From the NCBI GenBank assembly GCA_041499075.1, contig JBGQJN010000001.1, forward strand, positions 10,388-74,387: a DNA stretch of 64,000 nt, in the 5' to 3' direction. How positions within the stretch are numbered: the stretch's first letter is position 1; every line of letters begins with the position of its first letter. The notes under the pieces were generated by a model that was not told the origin of the DNA, made no database searches, and saw only the letters and a list, made by a program, of their open reading frames with translations. A program made the position numbers and the translations under genes. The DNA is from Minisyncoccia bacterium (GTDB lineage Bacteria; Patescibacteriota; Minisyncoccia; 2-02-FULL-40-12; IGHO2-01-FULL-4-A). Shown one piece after another: positions 27,147 through 38,800 of this stretch.

Positions 27147-27629
27147 TTAGTAACCTCTCTGATCTTGCTGGAACCTTTCTTCTATTTTTCTTTTTTCGTT
27201 TTCTAAGTCGCTGATTTTCTTTGAGTATTCATCTATCTGCCTCCCGAGATGCGCTTTCATCTCTTGCGTTACAGCTCGGCTATCTTTAAGAGCACTTGCC
27301 CAATCCTCATATTCCCTTCTCCTATTTGGATCCGTAGCATCAACCGGTGACAGTGCGGCATTAAGTTCGTATTCCTTGTCCAATATTTTCCTCATATCTG
27401 GGCCCCTCGATATTTCTAGCCTTCGCTTAAAATCCTCAATTTCAGCAGGGATTTCTGATAATCTCTTTTCGAGCTTAGGTTTTTCCACCACAAATTTCCT
27501 CTTGGCTTCTTCTAGCTTGGCTTGTCTAGCCGCTTCACGTTCTTTTCTAGCTACTTCTTCCATCGGCTCTGGTTCTTTTTCCGCTTCTGCTTTGGGCTTT
27601 ATACCTAAAAATTCTTTAAATGTTGGCAT
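27147..27629 (-). CDS. Hypothetical coiled-coil protein (160 aa, Lys/Glu-rich)
   Basis: ORF; no recognisable family; downstream of recA. Confidence 0.4.
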   Translation of the reverse strand: MPTFKEFLGIKPKAEAEKEPEPMEEVARKEREAARQAKLEEAKRKFVVEKPKLEKRLSEIPAEIEDFKRRLEISRGPDMRKILDKEYELNAALSPVDATDPNRRREYEDWASALKDSRAVTQEMKAHLGRQIDEYSKKISDLENEKRKIEERFQQDQRGY

Positions 27630-27678
27630 GTTCCCAATCTACCACTAGTGTTTTTTTTTGCAATTCGGTTATCAACAT

Positions 27679-27720
27679 AGCTCCGTATATAATTAGCATA
27701 TGCTAATTATATACGGAGCT
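27679..27720. promoter_or_regulatory. Perfect 42-bp palindrome (candidate operator)
   Basis: agctccgtatataattagcata|tgctaattatatacggagct; between the recA stop and the 27147..27629 start. Confidence 0.5.
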
Positions 27721-27746
27721 ATCAGTTAAAGGCATTAATCTAAAGC

Positions 27747-27776
27747 AAAAAGGACTCCTTTTCAAGAGTCCTTTTT
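27747..27776 (-). terminator. Rho-independent terminator after recA
   Basis: aaaaaggactc cttttcaa gagtccttttt. Confidence 0.6.
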
Positions 27777-27872
27777 GCTGACACGCAGATTTAGCTCGTA
27801 ATTTATAGAGCTATTCCACCGTTAATCCAAGTATAGCAAAATGGAGTGGTAGAGTCAATACTTGTTATCAAC

Positions 27873-28907
27873 CTATGCCTCCTTGACTGCCGCCGCTTTG
27901 CGGACGGCACCAAGTATCTCCTTCTCAATCTTGGGATTTTCTTTGAGGAATTGGCGGGCGCCTTCAATGCCCTGACCGAGCTTCTGTTCACCGAAGTTAT
28001 ACCAGGCACCGGCCTTAGCAACCACGCCGAGAATCACACCGGTATTAACCAGATCGGCATGTCGGGAGATGCCCTCGTTATAGAGAATATCAAACTCTGC
28101 CACACGGAATGGCGCGGCAACTTTGTTTTTGACGATTTTGACTTTGACTCGATTGCCGATAATTTTCTCGCCGGATTGTATCTGCGCGGCTCGGCGGATC
28201 TCAATTCTGACTGAAGCATAAAATTTAAGAGCAAGGCCACCGGTTGTCGTTTCCGGATTGCCGAACATAACACCAATCTTGTGCCTTATTTGGTTTATAA
28301 ACAAAACCGTGGTGTTGGTTTTGGAAACCACGCCGGTCAGTTTGCGTAAAGCATGTGACATCAGCCGCGCTTGTAGGCCCATGTGCTGTTGGTCCATTTC
28401 ACCTTCAATCTCGGCACGCGGTGTGAGCGCGGCCACGGAATCTACTACTACAAGTTGAATCCCACCAGACCTTACCAAAGTTTCTACTATCTCAAGCGCT
28501 TGCTCGCCGTTGTCCGGTTGAGAAATTAAAAGATCGTTAACCCTGACGCCGATTTTTTTGGCATATTCCGGGTCAAGCGCGTGCTCGGCATCGACATATG
28601 CCGCCACACCGCCGGCCTTCTGGACTTCAGCTACGAGATGCAAAGCCAAAGTCGTCTTACCGGAACTTTCCGGACCATAGACTTCTACCACGCGTCCTCG
28701 TGGAATACCGCCAACACCCAATGCCAGGTCCAGCGAGATCGAGCCGGTTGGTATAACGTCGACATCAACTCTCCGCGCGTCACCAAGTTTCATAATCGAG
28801 CCGTCACCGTATTTTTCCTGTATCTCCCTGACAGCGAGATCCACGCTCCTGTTACTTAGATCAGACTTACTCTGCTTCTCCTCCTTCTTATTTTTTTCTT
28901 TAACCAT
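27873..28907 (-). CDS. recA: Recombinase A
   Basis: GPESSGKTT Walker A; L1/L2 loops; 344 aa. Confidence 0.95.
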   Translation of the reverse strand: MVKEKNKKEEKQSKSDLSNRSVDLAVREIQEKYGDGSIMKLGDARRVDVDVIPTGSISLDLALGVGGIPRGRVVEVYGPESSGKTTLALHLVAEVQKAGGVAAYVDAEHALDPEYAKKIGVRVNDLLISQPDNGEQALEIVETLVRSGGIQLVVVDSVAALTPRAEIEGEMDQQHMGLQARLMSHALRKLTGVVSKTNTTVLFINQIRHKIGVMFGNPETTTGGLALKFYASVRIEIRRAAQIQSGEKIIGNRVKVKIVKNKVAAPFRVAEFDILYNEGISRHADLVNTGVILGVVAKAGAWYNFGEQKLGQGIEGARQFLKENPKIEKEILGAVRKAAAVKEA

Positions 28908-28990
28908 AAAAAATTAACAATGCCCTCCCGGCCATTGGTTGTTTAGTAAAATTAACTTAGCAAATTAAACTTCTCACGGCAACTATTACG

Positions 28991-29371
28991 TTATTTCCTC
29001 AATTTTTTCTTTAGGTAAAATACATACTTTAATTTTTTATAGCCAAGCTGATATGCCTTGGCCAAACGGTGTAATCCATCCAAGACCGGCCACCTATTAT
29101 TATTTCTCATAATATCCAGAGGATAATCTAGGTTTGCATTATCAATTTTTTTCTGGTGGTCCTTACTGCCTTCAGTTTTTTTAATTACCTCCCAAGGAGT
29201 AAGATTCCAGTCGTCAGTATCATCTTTTTCCCAGAAAGGTATATCAAAATGCCAAATTAATTCTTCTATATCTAGCTCCGTAACGGGCAGCTCCAGTTTC
29301 CAAAGTTTTTGAAAATTAATTTTAAAGTTAAATCCTAAATCTTCGAGTAATTTTGGCCCGTGGTTTTCCAT
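28991..29371 (-). CDS. Hypothetical protein (126 aa)
   Basis: ORF only. Confidence 0.35.
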   Translation of the reverse strand: MENHGPKLLEDLGFNFKINFQKLWKLELPVTELDIEELIWHFDIPFWEKDDTDDWNLTPWEVIKKTEGSKDHQKKIDNANLDYPLDIMRNNNRWPVLDGLHRLAKAYQLGYKKLKYVFYLKKKLRK

Positions 29372-29399
29372 TGAAATATTCTATTCTTCCGTTGCAATC

Positions 29400-29521
29400 T
29401 TATCATCACATTCAGGCTGCTGCCTTCAGTATTTCCTACATTCAGCTTGTTAGCTTCAGTACTTCCTCGCTTCCTCTCGGTCGTCGCCGGAGTTTATACT
29501 GAGCCAGCGAAGTGCTCCTCA
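29400..29521 (-). repeat. Intergenic repeat family 2 (expanded copy, two tandem ~30-nt units) directly after ftsK stop
   Basis: Reverse complement reads GGTTGAGGAGCACTTCGCTGGCTCAGTATAAACTCCGGCGA...GGAAGTACTGAAGCTAACAAGCTGAATGTAGGAAATACTGAAGGCAGCAGCCTGAATGT. Confidence 0.6.
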
Positions 29522-29524
29522 ACC

Positions 29525-31783
29525 TCATTCTTCTATGGCTATCTTGTCGTCTAGCTTTGAATCTACAGATACAACCTCGGCTGTGCTACCATCATCCACG
29601 TAGTTATCTTCAACGGGCACAGGCACGCCCCCGCCCCTGCCGATATAGACTTCCCTGGGTTTAGCACCCTCGCCGGGGCCGATTATGCCCGCCTCTTCAA
29701 GTAGGTCAAGCAATCTCGCCGCTCTGGCATAACCCACTCGCAATCTACGTTGGAGTAAAGATGCCGATGCCTTGCCGGCTTGAGCCACGACGACCTTGGC
29801 ATCACCAAATAAGACGTCTCCCATGCCGTCATCAGAGCCGGTCAAGGTCGCATCAGAAACCGGAGCATCAAGGTCAAGCTTGAGATCACTGCCCTCCGTC
29901 TCGTCGGCATTTTCTTCTTCAAGACTTTCGGCCTGTTGTTTGATAAATTTAACGACATCCTTGACTTCTTTCTCGGTGACATAAGAACCTTGTAACCGGC
30001 GTGGTTTGGCAGTATCGCCGGCAAGATAAAGCATATCGCCGTTGCCCAAGAGTTTTTCGGCGCCGGACATATCCAAAATAGTCCGCGAATCAACTTGAGA
30101 AGCAACTTGTAAAGCAATACGCGAAGTAATGTTCGCCTTGATCAAACCGGTAATGACTTCTACTGACGGGCGCTGGGTAGAGACAACCAGATGAATACCG
30201 ACTGCGCGGGCCATCTGGGCCAAACGCACGATCCCGGCTTCCACATCCCTGCCGTGCGCCGCCATCAAATCAGCCAATTCATCAATAACAATAACTATGA
30301 ACGGCATGAGATCAGCTTTGGCTTCAGACTGTTTAGTATTAAATGAGAACAAATCGCGCGAACCGGAAACCGAGAGACGTTCGTAGCGTTTTTCCATTTC
30401 TCTGACTGCCCAGCGCAAGGCGTTGACTACTTTTTTGCCATCGGTAATGACCGGAGTAATCAGGTGCGGAATATTATTGTAAAGTGATAGCTCGACGCGC
30501 TTGGGGTCAACCAAAATCAGCTTGAGCATATCCGGCGAATGCTTGTACAAAAGTGAAAGCAAAAGCGTATTAATGGCAATGGATTTGCCGGTGCCAGTCG
30601 CACCGGCTATTAACATATGCGGCATCTTTTCAAGCCCGGCATAGACCGGGAAACCGGCAACATCGCGGCCGATAGCAATCGGCAGAGAATATTTACTTTT
30701 CTTGAAATCTTCCGGCTCAAACATATCGCGTAAACCGACGAGGGCGGATTTCTTGTTAGGGACTTCTATGCCGACAAGCGCCTTACCGGGAATGGGTGCT
30801 TCTATTCTTATGGGATGCGCCGCCAAAGCCAAAGCTAAATCCGGTCCCAGGGCGGTAATCTTTGACAGCTTCACGCCCACTGCCGGACGCAAAGTGAATT
30901 GGGTAACAGTCGGTCCGATGGAGACTTCGCCCATTTCAACGTCAATGCCGAAATTCTGAAGCGTGCGCTTGATCACTGTCACATTGGCATTGATATCCCC
31001 TGATCTAGGTTGGTCTTTGTCAGAATGCAATATCTCAATCGGCGGCAGAACCCATTTGCCTGATTTGGACGTCTTAATCACAAACTCCCGCTCTTCGTCA
31101 TCATGTTTGGCGGCAGTTTTGGCAATAACTTGGAGTTTCGGATTTTTAGCGGCGGCTTCCTCAGCCCTTTGCATTTCCGCTGTAATTACCTGGGTACCGC
31201 GCTTGATAACAACGTTGTCTTTGAGCACGGGCACTCCCGTGCTTTCTTCAGTTTCGTCTTCGGTTTTCCACAATAACTTATGAAATGGAATGTTTAAAGC
31301 TATAAGCACCGATACAAAAAGCAAAATCAGAAGAATAATAAATGAAGCAACAAAGCCAACCGAGCTATATATGGGAAGTCCCAGGATAAGGCCGAGATAA
31401 CCGCCCTGATGCACCCGCAAAGCAAAGTCGCCTTTGCCTATAATGTAAAACAGCGCCAAAAAAGTCAGAACAAAAAGCAGCGTACCCAAGGTTGCGCTTG
31501 AGTAAATACGGCGGGACATTGATTTCAAGAAGGCAACACCGAGCAATATCAGCGCCAGTGGCACCAAAAACATACCCCAGCCGAAAAGTGCGCCGGCCAC
31601 GGAACCAAAAAGATCTCCGGCCCCGCCGGCTTTGTGGAAGAACGCCAGCGTGCTTACCAAGGCCAGACCTAGACAAGCTACTCCCCAGATGCCATTTTTC
31701 GTCTCTTGCGACAAACCCAAATGCTCTTTAGTCTCCCCTGTTTCTTTTTCAGCCTTATTATATTTTTTGAGCTTCTTTTTCAC
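29525..31783 (-). CDS. ftsK: DNA translocase FtsK/SpoIIIE
   Basis: N-terminal TM domain, Walker A GATGTGKS, C-terminal gamma (winged-helix) domain. Confidence 0.9.
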   Translation of the reverse strand: MKKKLKKYNKAEKETGETKEHLGLSQETKNGIWGVACLGLALVSTLAFFHKAGGAGDLFGSVAGALFGWGMFLVPLALILLGVAFLKSMSRRIYSSATLGTLLFVLTFLALFYIIGKGDFALRVHQGGYLGLILGLPIYSSVGFVASFIILLILLFVSVLIALNIPFHKLLWKTEDETEESTGVPVLKDNVVIKRGTQVITAEMQRAEEAAAKNPKLQVIAKTAAKHDDEEREFVIKTSKSGKWVLPPIEILHSDKDQPRSGDINANVTVIKRTLQNFGIDVEMGEVSIGPTVTQFTLRPAVGVKLSKITALGPDLALALAAHPIRIEAPIPGKALVGIEVPNKKSALVGLRDMFEPEDFKKSKYSLPIAIGRDVAGFPVYAGLEKMPHMLIAGATGTGKSIAINTLLLSLLYKHSPDMLKLILVDPKRVELSLYNNIPHLITPVITDGKKVVNALRWAVREMEKRYERLSVSGSRDLFSFNTKQSEAKADLMPFIVIVIDELADLMAAHGRDVEAGIVRLAQMARAVGIHLVVSTQRPSVEVITGLIKANITSRIALQVASQVDSRTILDMSGAEKLLGNGDMLYLAGDTAKPRRLQGSYVTEKEVKDVVKFIKQQAESLEEENADETEGSDLKLDLDAPVSDATLTGSDDGMGDVLFGDAKVVVAQAGKASASLLQRRLRVGYARAARLLDLLEEAGIIGPGEGAKPREVYIGRGGGVPVPVEDNYVDDGSTAEVVSVDSKLDDKIAIEE

Positions 31784-32328
31784 TAACTAAATTTTATGAG
31801 AAACAGCGCTAAAAAGCAAATGGCAATAGGCGGTCATTTTCAAAAAATATCATTGACATCAAAAACCTCATATGTTATCTTTACCCTTAGTTACTATAAA
31901 ATTTAATAGCGGAGGGAACTTATGAGTCTATCTCAAATGCGCATAGACACTAGATTACTCAATAGCAATGAGCTGTTAGGGGTTTTAAAAGACCAAATCT
32001 TCCACCCAAAAGATAAAAAAATTATATATACTTCGTTCCTTAGAAGAAATCGAGGCAGAGTTACAAGAGGCTGGTTATTCTTATAATTTCGTGGATCTAG
32101 AAAATCTCATAATATATCTCGTTGAGCAAGCGGCATATTTAGGAATTAGAATAATAGCGGTTGCGGTTAAGGAGTTTGATATAGAAAAACCTATGTCATG
32201 GGCCAAAGGTTGCATAATAAAGTTCATTCATTTCATGTATTAGATATCTGAGGCAAATAGACAGGTTAAATCCCAAAATCTAGAAGAGGCCAGACGGTCT
32301 CTTTTTTCAAAAACAAATACAAAAAAAT

Positions 32329-32586
32329 ATGATCTTAGCCATTGAACTTAGCCAGGATACAATTACTCTGGAGCTGTCAGACAAAGGCAGGGCTGTTGAC
32401 ATTGAAACAGCAAAGTACTATCATGATATAGACGATGTGTTGATAACTAGTATTGACAGACTTTTAAAAAGGAATAAGATTGACATCAAATCACTAAAAA
32501 GCTATAGAATACTTGGTAATTTAGGTTCTGACAGCACTTCATACAAAATAGCCCAGGCTTTCGTAGAGGGCTTAAAAGTTAGGTAA
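32329..32586 (+). CDS. Short TsaB/YeaZ-like fragment (N-terminal domain only, 85 aa); possibly degenerate
   Basis: MILAIELSQD...YRILGNLGSDSTSYKIAQAFVEGLKV aligns with the ILAIDTS...VGPGSFTGLRIG pattern of TsaB but stops after ~85 aa. Confidence 0.3.
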   Translation: MILAIELSQDTITLELSDKGRAVDIETAKYYHDIDDVLITSIDRLLKRNKIDIKSLKSYRILGNLGSDSTSYKIAQAFVEGLKVR

Positions 32587-32712
32587 TGGCCTGCGATATA
32601 GTTACTTAACTTGTAATCCTTAAGATTGGCTACTGATATCTCGAAAAATTAAAGAGAGGAATTTTAATTCGTCCCCGCTAAGCGGGGCTAGGTGTTTTTG
32701 TCTTCTCAAAAT

Positions 32713-35700
32713 ATGCGTAAGATTTTCTCCAAATATTCGCCGGATACTTTCGAGGCGCCTAACCTGGTGCAGGTACAACTTGACTCGTACCAGTGGTTTT
32801 TAGATGTCGGCTTAAAAGAACTGCTCAACGACGTTTCCCCCATCTCTGATTGGACCGGCAAAGAGCTTGAGTTGAGGTTTTTAGATTTCAAACTTGAAGA
32901 GCCAAAATTCAGTGAACGTGTCGCCCGAGAAAAAAATATTACCTTTGAAGCTCCATTACGCGTAAAAATAGCTCTGACCAACAAGAAGACCGGCCAGGTT
33001 GACGAACAGGAAGTTTATCTTGGCGATTTTCCGATTATTACGCCTCGCGGCACATTTGTAATTAACGGCGTTGAGAGAGTCGTGATCTCACAGCTCATTC
33101 GTAGCCCAGGCGCATTCTTTTCTTTATCACGTTCAAGCCGTTTCAAACGGTTTTTTGGTGCTAAGATAATTCCTTCGCGCGGCGCTTGGCTGGAGTTTGA
33201 AACTGAATCAAGTGGAGCAATTTCAGTAAGGATCGATCGTAAAAGAAAAATACCGGCAACTTCCATCTTGCGTGCCTTTGGCGTCAGCAAAGACGAAGAC
33301 ATAAAAAAACTTTTTGAGGATGTAGATACCGATCCGGAGATGAAGTACATCCTATCAACCATTGTTGCTGATCCGGCATCCACCGAAGAAGAAGGCCTGA
33401 TTGAAGTGTACAAACGATTACGTCCGGGCGATCCGGCCACGGTAGACACCGCCCGGCAAATGGTCACTAATACATTTTTTAACTTCTCGAGGTATGACCT
33501 TTCCAAAGTAGGCCGCTACCGGATGAATGAACGCTTCCAGAAAGACTATCCTCTTGATGAAAAGAATCGGGTTTTGAAATTGGATGATGTCGTCTGCATT
33601 ATGCGCGAAATCATAAAGCTCAATAACGACCCGGCTGCCCAACCGGACAATATTGACCATTTAGGCAACCGCAGGGTTAAAACTCTGGGTGAACTACTGC
33701 AAGACAAATTGCGACTATCCTTCACCCGAATGGAGCGTATTATCAAGGATCGCATGAGCACGCTTGATATTACTACCGTAGTACCGGCTCAACTGGTTAA
33801 CTCCCGTCCCTTCGTAGCCTCGGTAAAAGAGTTCTTTTCTTCTGGTCAGCTTTCACAGTTCATGGACCAGGTTAATCCGCTGGCTGAGCTTGAACACAAG
33901 CGCAGACTATCCGCCTTAGGCCCCGGCGGTCTTACCCGCGAACGAGCAAGCTTTGAGGTACGTGACGTTCATCCTTCGCATTACGGCCGAATTTGTCCTA
34001 TTGAAACGCCCGAAGGTCCGAACATTGGTCTTGTCGGCCATCTAGCTTTGTATGCTAATGTCTCTCCTCTGGGTTTCATACTTACACCTTACCGCAAAGT
34101 GGTGAAGGGCCATGTTACCGACCAGATAGACTATTTGGGTGCGACTGAAGAGGAACGTTTCATCATTTCGCACGCCGGCGCCAAACTTGATGCTAAGGGC
34201 AAGTTTTTGGAAGATAAGATCCCCGCTCGAATCCACTCCGAACCTGGCTTAGCCATTCCGCAAGAAATAGACTACATCGATGTCTCACCAAAACAACCGT
34301 TTTCTGTAGCCACTTCTTTGATCCCCTTTCTTGAAAATGACGATGCTAACCGCGCTTTGATGGGATCGAACATGCAACGCCAAGCCGTACCTATAATCAC
34401 GCCGGAAGAACCGATTGTCGGTACCGGCCTTGAAAGCAAAGTCGCCCGTGATTCAGGCATGATGGTCATTTCCGCTGACGCCGGAACGGTAGAAGAGGTA
34501 GATAGCTCGCATGTTATGCTCAAAAATACCAAAGGAGAAAAGACGATTTATGATCTGCTCAAATTCAACAAATCAAACAGCTTTACCGCCATCAACCAGC
34601 GGGCAATTGTCCGGGTTGGCCAAAAAATTAAAAAGGGCGACGTTTTAGCCGACGGACCGGCAACGCAAAACGGCGAGTTGGCTCTGGGACGCAATCTTCT
34701 GGTAGCCTTCATGTCTTTTGAAGGAGCCAACTTTGAAGACGCGGTTGTGCTTTCGGAAAAATTGGTCAAAGAAGACCTTTTCACTTCAATACATATAGAA
34801 GACTACTCGATTGACGTGCGCGAAACCAAGCTCGGTCCGGAAATAACAACTTATGATATTCCCAACCGGTCAGAAGAAAAACTCAAAGATCTGGACCCCG
34901 ATGGTGTAGTCAGGATCGGCGCCGAAGTTAGATCGCAGGATATTTTGGTAGGTAAAATTTCGCCTAAAGGCGAGAGTGACCTGACTGCCGAAGAAAGATT
35001 ACTGCGTGCAATATTCGGAGAAAAATCACAGGACGTCAAAGATACCTCTTTAACTCTTGATTATGGTAAAATCGGCCGTGTTGTTGGCGTGCGTGTCTTT
35101 TCACGCGAGCAGGGAGACAAACTGCCTGCCGGTGTCATCAAAACCATTCAGGTTTCAATCGCTCAGATGCGTAAAGTACAGGTCGGCGATAAGCTTGCCG
35201 GACGTCACGGCAACAAGGGTGTTATCTCCACGATACTACCTGAAGAAGATATGCCTTTCTTGCCTGATGGCCGACCGGTTGACATGATATTGAGCCCCCT
35301 GGGTATCATTTCACGTATGAACATCGGCCAGGTTCTTGAAACTCATCTTGGCTGGGCTGCACAAAAACTCGGTTATAAGGCCGCCGTGCCTTCTATGGGC
35401 GGAGCTACTGAAGACATGATCAAAGAAGAGTTGCACAAAGCCGGTTTGCCCGAAGACGGCAAAATTTATGTATACGATGGCCGGACCGGCCGGAGGTTTG
35501 AGCAAAAAACCACTGTCGGCGTAATTTATTTCATGAAACTGATGCACATGGTTGAAGATAAAATTCATATGCGTTCAATCGGTCCGTACTCACTGATCAC
35601 CCAGCAGCCGCTTGGCGGCAAGGCGCAATTCGGCGGCCAAAGATTCGGAGAAATGGAAGTCTGGGCGCTTGAGGGATATGGCGCCGCTCATACTTTACAG

Positions 35701-35865
35701 GAGATGCTGACGATTAAATCAGATGATGTTCAGGGCCGCGCTAAAACGTATGAATCAATAGTTGAAGGCGAAGAGATACGCGCCCCGCATCTGCCTGAAT
35801 CATTCAAGGTATTATTGTCAGAAATCAAAGGATTGGGATTAAACATTGAGCTTAAAGAAATGTAA
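32713..35865 (+). CDS. rpoB: DNA-directed RNA polymerase beta subunit
   Basis: ~1050 aa with conserved rpoB blocks. Start set at MRKIFSKYS, because the upstream ATG overlaps a hairpin plus T-run (32663-32695). Confidence 0.95.
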   Translation: MRKIFSKYSPDTFEAPNLVQVQLDSYQWFLDVGLKELLNDVSPISDWTGKELELRFLDFKLEEPKFSERVAREKNITFEAPLRVKIALTNKKTGQVDEQEVYLGDFPIITPRGTFVINGVERVVISQLIRSPGAFFSLSRSSRFKRFFGAKIIPSRGAWLEFETESSGAISVRIDRKRKIPATSILRAFGVSKDEDIKKLFEDVDTDPEMKYILSTIVADPASTEEEGLIEVYKRLRPGDPATVDTARQMVTNTFFNFSRYDLSKVGRYRMNERFQKDYPLDEKNRVLKLDDVVCIMREIIKLNNDPAAQPDNIDHLGNRRVKTLGELLQDKLRLSFTRMERIIKDRMSTLDITTVVPAQLVNSRPFVASVKEFFSSGQLSQFMDQVNPLAELEHKRRLSALGPGGLTRERASFEVRDVHPSHYGRICPIETPEGPNIGLVGHLALYANVSPLGFILTPYRKVVKGHVTDQIDYLGATEEERFIISHAGAKLDAKGKFLEDKIPARIHSEPGLAIPQEIDYIDVSPKQPFSVATSLIPFLENDDANRALMGSNMQRQAVPIITPEEPIVGTGLESKVARDSGMMVISADAGTVEEVDSSHVMLKNTKGEKTIYDLLKFNKSNSFTAINQRAIVRVGQKIKKGDVLADGPATQNGELALGRNLLVAFMSFEGANFEDAVVLSEKLVKEDLFTSIHIEDYSIDVRETKLGPEITTYDIPNRSEEKLKDLDPDGVVRIGAEVRSQDILVGKISPKGESDLTAEERLLRAIFGEKSQDVKDTSLTLDYGKIGRVVGVRVFSREQGDKLPAGVIKTIQVSIAQMRKVQVGDKLAGRHGNKGVISTILPEEDMPFLPDGRPVDMILSPLGIISRMNIGQVLETHLGWAAQKLGYKAAVPSMGGATEDMIKEELHKAGLPEDGKIYVYDGRTGRRFEQKTTVGVIYFMKLMHMVEDKIHMRSIGPYSLITQQPLGGKAQFGGQRFGEMEVWALEGYGAAHTLQEMLTIKSDDVQGRAKTYESIVEGEEIRAPHLPESFKVLLSEIKGLGLNIELKEM

Positions 35866-38800
35866 TCATATGAATTTTAGCGCATTAAAGCTTAAGATTG
35901 CCTCTCCGGAAGAGATTTTAGAATGGTCTTACGGCGAAGTCACTAAACCGGAAACCATCAATTATCGCACGCAGAAACCGGAGAAAGAAGGGCTTTTTTC
36001 AGAGTCTATTTTCGGGCCGACCAAAGACTGGGAATGTTATTGCGGTAAATACAAGAGGATCCGCTACAAGGGTATCATATGTGACCGCTGCGGCGTTGAA
36101 GTAACGCGTTCTATCGTCCGCCGTGAGCGAATGGGCCATATTAAACTGGCTAGTCCGATAGCACATATATGGTTTTTGCGCGGCGTGCCCTCACGTATTG
36201 CGACACTGCTTGACGTTTCACTTCCTGATTTGGAAAGGGTGATTTACTTTGCAAGCTATATCGTAACTAAGGTCAATGAAGAGCTTAAGGTGGAAGCCGT
36301 CAAAAAAATGGAATCCGAGTTCAAGTCTCTCATTAAAAATGCCAAGCAAGAAACCGAGCAGGATAAAATCAAAGCCCAAAAAGAAAGAGAGCGAGAGAAC
36401 CTCCGCAGTCTCAAAAAATATCAAATACTTTCTGAACTTGATTTCCGAGACCTATCTCTTAAATACGGAGAGGTTTTTGAAGCCAGTATCGGCGCTGAAG
36501 CCGTAAGACGTTTGCTTGAAGAGATGAACCTTGAGGAAGAGGTAAAAAAGGGTGAAGCCTCCGTGAAAGACATGGATAATACCGTAGCTCAGAAAAAAAT
36601 GCTGCGCCGCCTCAAAATGCTAAAACGCATGTGGCGAAGCAACATTCGGCCTGAATGGATGATCATGACCGTTCTGCCTATTATTCCGCCGCTTCTGCGG
36701 CCAATGGTCCAACTTGACGGCGGACGCTTTGCCACTTCCGATCTCAACGATCTCTATCGCCGCGTTATCAATAGGAACAACCGCTTAAAACATTTACTTG
36801 AACTTCGCGCGCCTGAAGTTATTACCAAAAACGAGAAGCGCATGCTTCAAGAAGCGGTGGATGCCTTAATCGACAACAGTATGCGCCGAGGCCAAACACT
36901 GGTTTCTGCTTCAACCGGTCAAAAACGGGCATTGAAATCTCTGGCGGATATGCTCAAAGGCAAACAGGGTAGATTCAGACAAAACTTACTCGGTAAGCGT
37001 GTGGATTATTCCGGCCGAAGCGTTATCGTCATCGGACCGGGGCTTAAGCTTGGCGAATGCGGTCTGCCTAAATACATGGCTTTAGAACTTTTTAAACCAT
37101 TCATCATTAACTATCTTAAAACCAAAGGTCTGGCTCACAACATACGTTCGGCAAATCATTTAATAGACCAGGAAGTGCCGGAAGTCTGGGAAGCACTGGA
37201 TGAGGCAATTAAGGATAAGCTGGTATTGCTAAATCGCGCGCCAACTCTACACAGACTGTCAGTACAAGCGTTCAAGCCGGTATTGATTGAGGGTAAGGCA
37301 ATCAAGATCCCCGCCTTGCCTACCCGTGCCTTCAACGCCGACTTTGATGGTGACCAGATGGCTGTCCATTTGCCGCTGACCAAAGAAGCTCAGCAAGAGG
37401 CTCAGGATCTTATGCTCTCGACCCATGGTATTTTGAAGCCGGCAAGCGGCGAACCGGTCGCCATTGCTACCCGCGACATTACTTTCGGCTGTTACTATCT
37501 TACCAGTATCCACAACGGCGCAACTGGAGAAAACAAGATATTTTCATCCGAGTCAGAAACCATGCTCGCCTACGACCATGGCGTTATTGATTTGCGAGCT
37601 AAAATCAAAGTGCATTTGACCAAAAAACCGGCCAACGGCGAAGACAAGCTGGTTGAGACCACCATAGGCAGAATTATCTTTAACCATGCTCTGCCGGAAG
37701 CTCATATCTTCATAAACAAAACACTGAATCAGACCGACTTGCGCAATATAGAAGCCGAGATTTTACATAACTATGGCGAAGATCGAACGGTAGAATTTTT
37801 AGATGCCATCAAAGAATATGGTTTTCATTACGCCACCGTCTCGGGCGTATCCTGGGGCATGAATGACTTGAGGATCCCTATTGAAAAAAATGAGCTTATC
37901 GCTGAAGCTGAAAAAATAATAGAAGAAAACAAATCACTCTACGAGCAGGGACTACTTACTGAATACGAAAGAAAATCAAAGGCAATTGAGCTTTGGACAC
38001 TGACCAAAAGCAAACTTGAAAAACTTGTCAGTAAACAATTCGGCGAGGACGACGCAGTATTTATGATGGTAGATTCAAAAGCCCGCGGCAATTGGGGCAC
38101 GGTCAACCAGCTTGCCGGTATGCGTGGTTTGATGGTCAAACCCGACGGTGAACTGATTGAATTGCCGGTTAAAAGCTCCTTCAAACAGGGCTTAAATGTT
38201 TTGGAATACTTTATCTCTACTCACGGTGCCAGAAAAGGTCTGGTAGACACGGCTTTGCGTACAGCAACCGCCGGTTATCTTACCAGACGCTTAGTTGATG
38301 TCGCCCAAGATGTTGTCATCAAAGAAGAAGATTGCAAGGACAAAGAGGGTTATACCCTACACGCCCAGGATGGCAAGGCTGCCGGCGGTGAAAATATCGG
38401 CAAACGCTTGCATGGCCGCACTTTGCTTGAAGATATCAAAGACGCCGAAGGCAATGTTATCGCCAAGAAAGGCCAGGTGGTCAACAGAGAAGTCAGCCAT
38501 AAAATTGATCAGATTAAACTTGATAAAATCAGGATTCGTTCGGTTATTACTTGTAAAGCCGTTGATGGCATCTGCCGCATGTGCTACGGCTACGATTTGT
38601 CCAAAAACAAGCTCGTAGAAATCGGCGAGGCCGTGGGTATCGTTACCGCCCAAGCTATCGGCGAACCGGGTACTCAGCTAACAATGAGGACGTTCCACAC
38701 CGGCGGTGTGGCCAGCGTTGGTGATATTACCATGGGTTTGCCGCGCGTGCAGGAAATATTTGAAGTGCGTCCGCCGTCAGGCAAGGCTTTGATTTCTGAA

